DNA of 62,453 nucleotides, the filler included. It is 4 parts of 4 records of this genome, joined end to end, with 100 filler letters (N's around TTAATTAATTAA, not from the genome) between each part and the next. Parts side by side here need not be neighbours in the genome. Positions count along the whole stretch, not along the records: positions 56,815 to 62,453 come from SRR31156797_351; 3 more parts are not named here. One strand, 5' to 3'. Under the pieces are notes generated by a model that saw nothing but the letters and a program-made list of their open reading frames with translations, made no database searches and was not told the DNA's origin. The position numbers and the translations under genes are program-made. The stretch's first letter is position 1. Every line of letters begins with the position of its first letter. Below, one piece after another: positions 59,120-62,453 of the stretch.

Positions 59120-61249
59120 GTGTTGACAACTCAAATTCAAGAGATATATCAAGAGACACTGATGCTTGAGAAATCATTGGTTTCAAATGAAAACAAAGCA
59201 AATGATCTTAGAAAGTCTTTTGAAAAACTATTGAAATTGATATTGGGTTATGAGCCAACCGAGACAAAAATCACACTTTATGATATGATAAATCAATTTG
59301 CTTCTAAAAATAAAAAGTACAATCTACAATATATCTGCCATAATCTAAGAAAAGATCTAAATCAATGGTCTCACGATACACCACATAGATTAGAAACTAT
59401 AGAGCTAGATGAGTATTTTGCAAGATATAGAAATATAGTCTTGCACTTAAGTGGTATAGAAGATACACAACAGATACAAATAACTAAATCTTTTGTATTA
59501 GAAGAGCTAGAACTCAATAGTAAACAAAAAGATTCAGTACTATCAAAAAATAAAATCACTTTAGTAAACGCAGGTCCAGGTACTGGTAAAACTTATCTAA
59601 TAGTTGGACGAATACTAAATGAACTCAACAGTAATAACTCTAAAAAGATATTTGGCTTATCTTTTACAAACAAAGCATCCGAAGAGCTAGAGCATAAAAT
59701 ATTCAAAAAAATCTTCTCAACAAACTTGCAAAAATATATGGAAAATATACATACAGGTACGATTCACTCTTTTGCACTTTTTTTTATACAAGAGTATTTC
59801 GACTTTAACAATATACCGTTTAATTTTAATATCATAGATGATAATGAATTAAAAGATATAAAAGATGAGTTTGAAAACGATAGAAATATTATCTCTAAAT
59901 ATCTTCAAGAAAACAAGATATTGACTTTTGATATGATTATCAATATGTTTGTAAATACTCTTAAAAATAATGATAAATTTCGTGACTTTTTATCTGATAA
60001 AATAGATGAGATTATCATAGATGAAGCACAAGACTTAGATAAGTTACAATATGAGATACTATATTTACTATATTCAAATATTACAAATCTAAAACTCTTT
60101 TTTGTAGGGGATCAAAGACAAAATATCTATGCTTTTAAGGGTGGGTCTTTAAGCAATATCACAACATATTTTAACAATGAAAGTGATTTTAAATATGTAG
60201 AACTTGAGTATAGCTATAGATGTCCACAAAATACATTAAATTTTGTAAATCAATTTCACTTTGAAGATTGTAAAAATCCAACCCTTAGCAATGCTGTAAA
60301 CAATATAGGGAATAAACTTGAGTTAAAAGAGTTTGATGATAAAACAGAGGAAGCCAGCTGGATAGCAAAACAGATAATACAAAAGAAAAATGATGGTATA
60401 AAGCTAAAAGATATAGCGATAATATGGTCAAATACATTTTACTTTCAAGAGATTTTAGAAACTTTAAATAACTACCAATTGCCATTTAAGGTATATGGTG
60501 GTCAATATATATTAAACCCATATATAAGACTGTTTAGGTCTATAGTAAATATGATAAATACAAATAATACTTATACTCTTAAGACTATACAAAAATTTTG
60601 GATAAATGGTGAAGTGGGTGGTGATAGTATAGATGATGTTTTAATCCCACTATCTGATATGGATTTTACAAATAAAAAACACTATGAGATGCTATATAAG
60701 ATTTTAAAATTTATAAAAACAAAACAATTATCAGGTTTAACAGTGCTAGATATAATTATAGAATTTATAGCTTTAATAGAAAAAGAAAAAGTATTTGATA
60801 GCAAAATACTAGAAGCGTTTATAAAGTTGAAAACTATTATTGAAAATGATTTATTATTAGATGATTATGATAAATTTAAGTTGTCATTCTCTCCAAATCA
60901 TCCAGAATTGGGAGAGTTTTATCTAAGAAGTGATGAGATTGTAAAATGTGAGTATGAAAATAGCTCAGATTTTATAACTGTTACAACAATACACTCAGCA
61001 AAAGGTTTAGAGTGGGATAATGTTATCATCCCTGGTATGGCTCAAGATTCATTTCCTAGATGGTGTGCAGATGAAAATATAAAAAAAGAAGAGTTACCAA
61101 ATGAACTCAAAAAGTTTTATGTAGCTTGTACAAGAACTAAACAAAATCTATACTTTACAAGACCTAAAAGTGTTATAATCAAAAGTAAGAAAAATGGTCA
61201 ATACTATACATTTGATAGAGATGTTTCTATATTTATGAGAGGATTGTAA
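59120..61249 (+). CDS. UvrD/Rep-family SF1 helicase with N-terminal HEPN/DUF4145-like extension
   Basis: AGPGTGKT, SFTNKA, GTIHSF, DEAQD, GDQRQNIY, SYRC, TIHSAKGLEW, YVACTR; N-terminal LRKSFE and RKDLNQWSH. Start at GTG 59120 (or ATG 59093). Confidence 0.88.
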   Translation: MLTTQIQEIYQETLMLEKSLVSNENKANDLRKSFEKLLKLILGYEPTETKITLYDMINQFASKNKKYNLQYICHNLRKDLNQWSHDTPHRLETIELDEYFARYRNIVLHLSGIEDTQQIQITKSFVLEELELNSKQKDSVLSKNKITLVNAGPGTGKTYLIVGRILNELNSNNSKKIFGLSFTNKASEELEHKIFKKIFSTNLQKYMENIHTGTIHSFALFFIQEYFDFNNIPFNFNIIDDNELKDIKDEFENDRNIISKYLQENKILTFDMIINMFVNTLKNNDKFRDFLSDKIDEIIIDEAQDLDKLQYEILYLLYSNITNLKLFFVGDQRQNIYAFKGGSLSNITTYFNNESDFKYVELEYSYRCPQNTLNFVNQFHFEDCKNPTLSNAVNNIGNKLELKEFDDKTEEASWIAKQIIQKKNDGIKLKDIAIIWSNTFYFQEILETLNNYQLPFKVYGGQYILNPYIRLFRSIVNMINTNNTYTLKTIQKFWINGEVGGDSIDDVLIPLSDMDFTNKKHYEMLYKILKFIKTKQLSGLTVLDIIIEFIALIEKEKVFDSKILEAFIKLKTIIENDLLLDDYDKFKLSFSPNHPELGEFYLRSDEIVKCEYENSSDFITVTTIHSAKGLEWDNVIIPGMAQDSFPRWCADENIKKEELPNELKKFYVACTRTKQNLYFTRPKSVIIKSKKNGQYYTFDRDVSIFMRGL

Positions 61250-61253
61250 TAAA

Positions 61254-62453
61254 ATGACAACTAACCTAAAAACCATAATCCAAAACGGCGAAAACCTAAC
61301 AACAGAGTTCAAAGAGTCAAGATCAAAACTCAACAAAGATATATATGAAACTATCTGTTCATTTTTAAATCGTGAGGGTGGAGATATAATCCTTGGTGTA
61401 AAAGATGATGGTACTATACAAGGTGTAGATGAAGATAAGATAGATGATATAAAAAAAAACCTTCTTACAGCTATAAACAACCCTCAAAAACTAAACCCAC
61501 CTTGCTATCTAAGTGTAGATATAGTCACTCTTGAAGATAAAAAACTTATACATATATTTGTACCTCAAAGCTCATCGGTACATACTCTAAATGGTAAGAT
61601 ATACGATAGAAATGGCGATGGGGATTTTGACATCACAGGCAGACACTCCCAAATAGCAAATCTCTATCGCCAAAAAGATACAAACTATAGTGAAAATCAG
61701 ATATTTCCATTTGCCTCTTTAGATGACCTAAAAATAGAACTACTAGAAAAGGTACGAATAAGAGCAAAAAATGAAAACAGTGGTACACACCCTTGGATGG
61801 ATATGGATGATATGCAGCTTTTAAAAAGTGCTGGACTATACAAAAAAGATATATCTACAGGCAAAGAGGGTATCACACTTGCAGGTATTTTACTCTTTGG
61901 AAAAGATGAGACTATCCAAAGTGCATTGCCACACCATAGGACAGATGCGATTTTAAGAAAAATAAATCTTGATAGATATGATGATAGAGATGATATACGA
62001 ACAAATCTAATAGAAAGTTATGAAAGACTTACACAGTTTATAGCTAAACACCTAAACGACCCTTTTTATCTTGAGGGAGATACAAGAGTAAGCTTACGAA
62101 ACAAAATATTTCGTGAAGCGATAGCAAACATACTCATACACAGAGAATACAGCAATGCCTATACAGCAAAGATGATAATCCAAAAAGATAAAGTAGTGTT
62201 TGAAAATGCAAACAAAGCAAATAGATATGGAGTGATAGATCCAAATAACTTTACACCATTTACAAAAAACCCATCTATAGCAAAAGTGTTTAGAGAGATA
62301 GGCTATGCAGAAGAGCTAGGTAGTGGTATAAAAAATCTTTTTAAATACTCAAAACTCTATGGTGGAAGTGATCCTATTTTGCAAGAAAATGATATATTTA
62401 CAACTACTATTATGTTGGGTGAGCAAGCTACCCCCCAAGCTACCCCCCAAGCT
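61254..62453 (+). CDS. AlbA_2 (Schlafen-like) domain + HATPase_c_4-type protein, 3'-truncated
   Basis: MTTNLKTIIQNGENLTTEFKES...ICSFLNREGGDIILGVKDDG; later FREAIANILIHREY, KNPSIAKVF, EELGSG; open to the window end, so absent from the ORF track. Confidence 0.85.
   Translation, partial: MTTNLKTIIQNGENLTTEFKESRSKLNKDIYETICSFLNREGGDIILGVKDDGTIQGVDEDKIDDIKKNLLTAINNPQKLNPPCYLSVDIVTLEDKKLIHIFVPQSSSVHTLNGKIYDRNGDGDFDITGRHSQIANLYRQKDTNYSENQIFPFASLDDLKIELLEKVRIRAKNENSGTHPWMDMDDMQLLKSAGLYKKDISTGKEGITLAGILLFGKDETIQSALPHHRTDAILRKINLDRYDDRDDIRTNLIESYERLTQFIAKHLNDPFYLEGDTRVSLRNKIFREAIANILIHREYSNAYTAKMIIQKDKVVFENANKANRYGVIDPNNFTPFTKNPSIAKVFREIGYAEELGSGIKNLFKYSKLYGGSDPILQENDIFTTTIMLGEQATPQATPQA
62424..62453 (+). 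repeat. 12-bp in-frame tandem repeat (QATP)n
   Basis: CAAGCTACCCCC x2.5 up to the window end. Confidence 0.85.

Overview
The window is not one locus. It holds four unrelated contigs joined by artificial 100-nt N spacers carrying TTAATTAATTAA (25634-25733, 45889-45988, 56715-56814). Taxonomic labels below are inferred from gene content and composition. (1) 1-25633, Desulfovibrionaceae-like: the 3' part of a glycyl radical enzyme with an atypical GCVS Cys loop, its activase, a C-GCAxxG-C-C protein and a HesB/ErpA-like selenoprotein missed by the ORF track (in-frame UGA plus SECIS); creBCD; tpx; a torC-torD-torA TMAO reductase operon; a dmsABCD(+ferredoxin) operon; a sigma54 two-component system; an FmdE/molybdopterin-binding fusion; and a CCG Fe-S protein. 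Three promoters here share a sigma54 -24/-12 box and repeated TTCC-N9-GGAA upstream sites, which suggests one N-/S-oxide respiration regulon. (2) 25734-45888, Bacteroidota: a truncated tRNA, acyP, a radical SAM gene, a structured 21-bp higher-order repeat next to a gene remnant, a phosphatase/CotH-like pair, dgt, a MacAB-TolC-type operon, tsaB, efp, a PP2C phosphatase and partial tyrS. (3) 45989-56714, Bacteroidota housekeeping genes, including an ACP-like protein without the phosphopantetheine Ser and three tandem cyclophilins, one fused to an apparently inactive trypsin-like domain. (4) 56815-62453, very AT-rich and Campylobacterota-like: a tightly packed cluster of WD40, J-domain+LRR, HEPN-like+UvrD and AlbA_2(Schlafen) genes that looks like a candidate defence locus. 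All family calls come from motif recognition by eye; no database searches were run.
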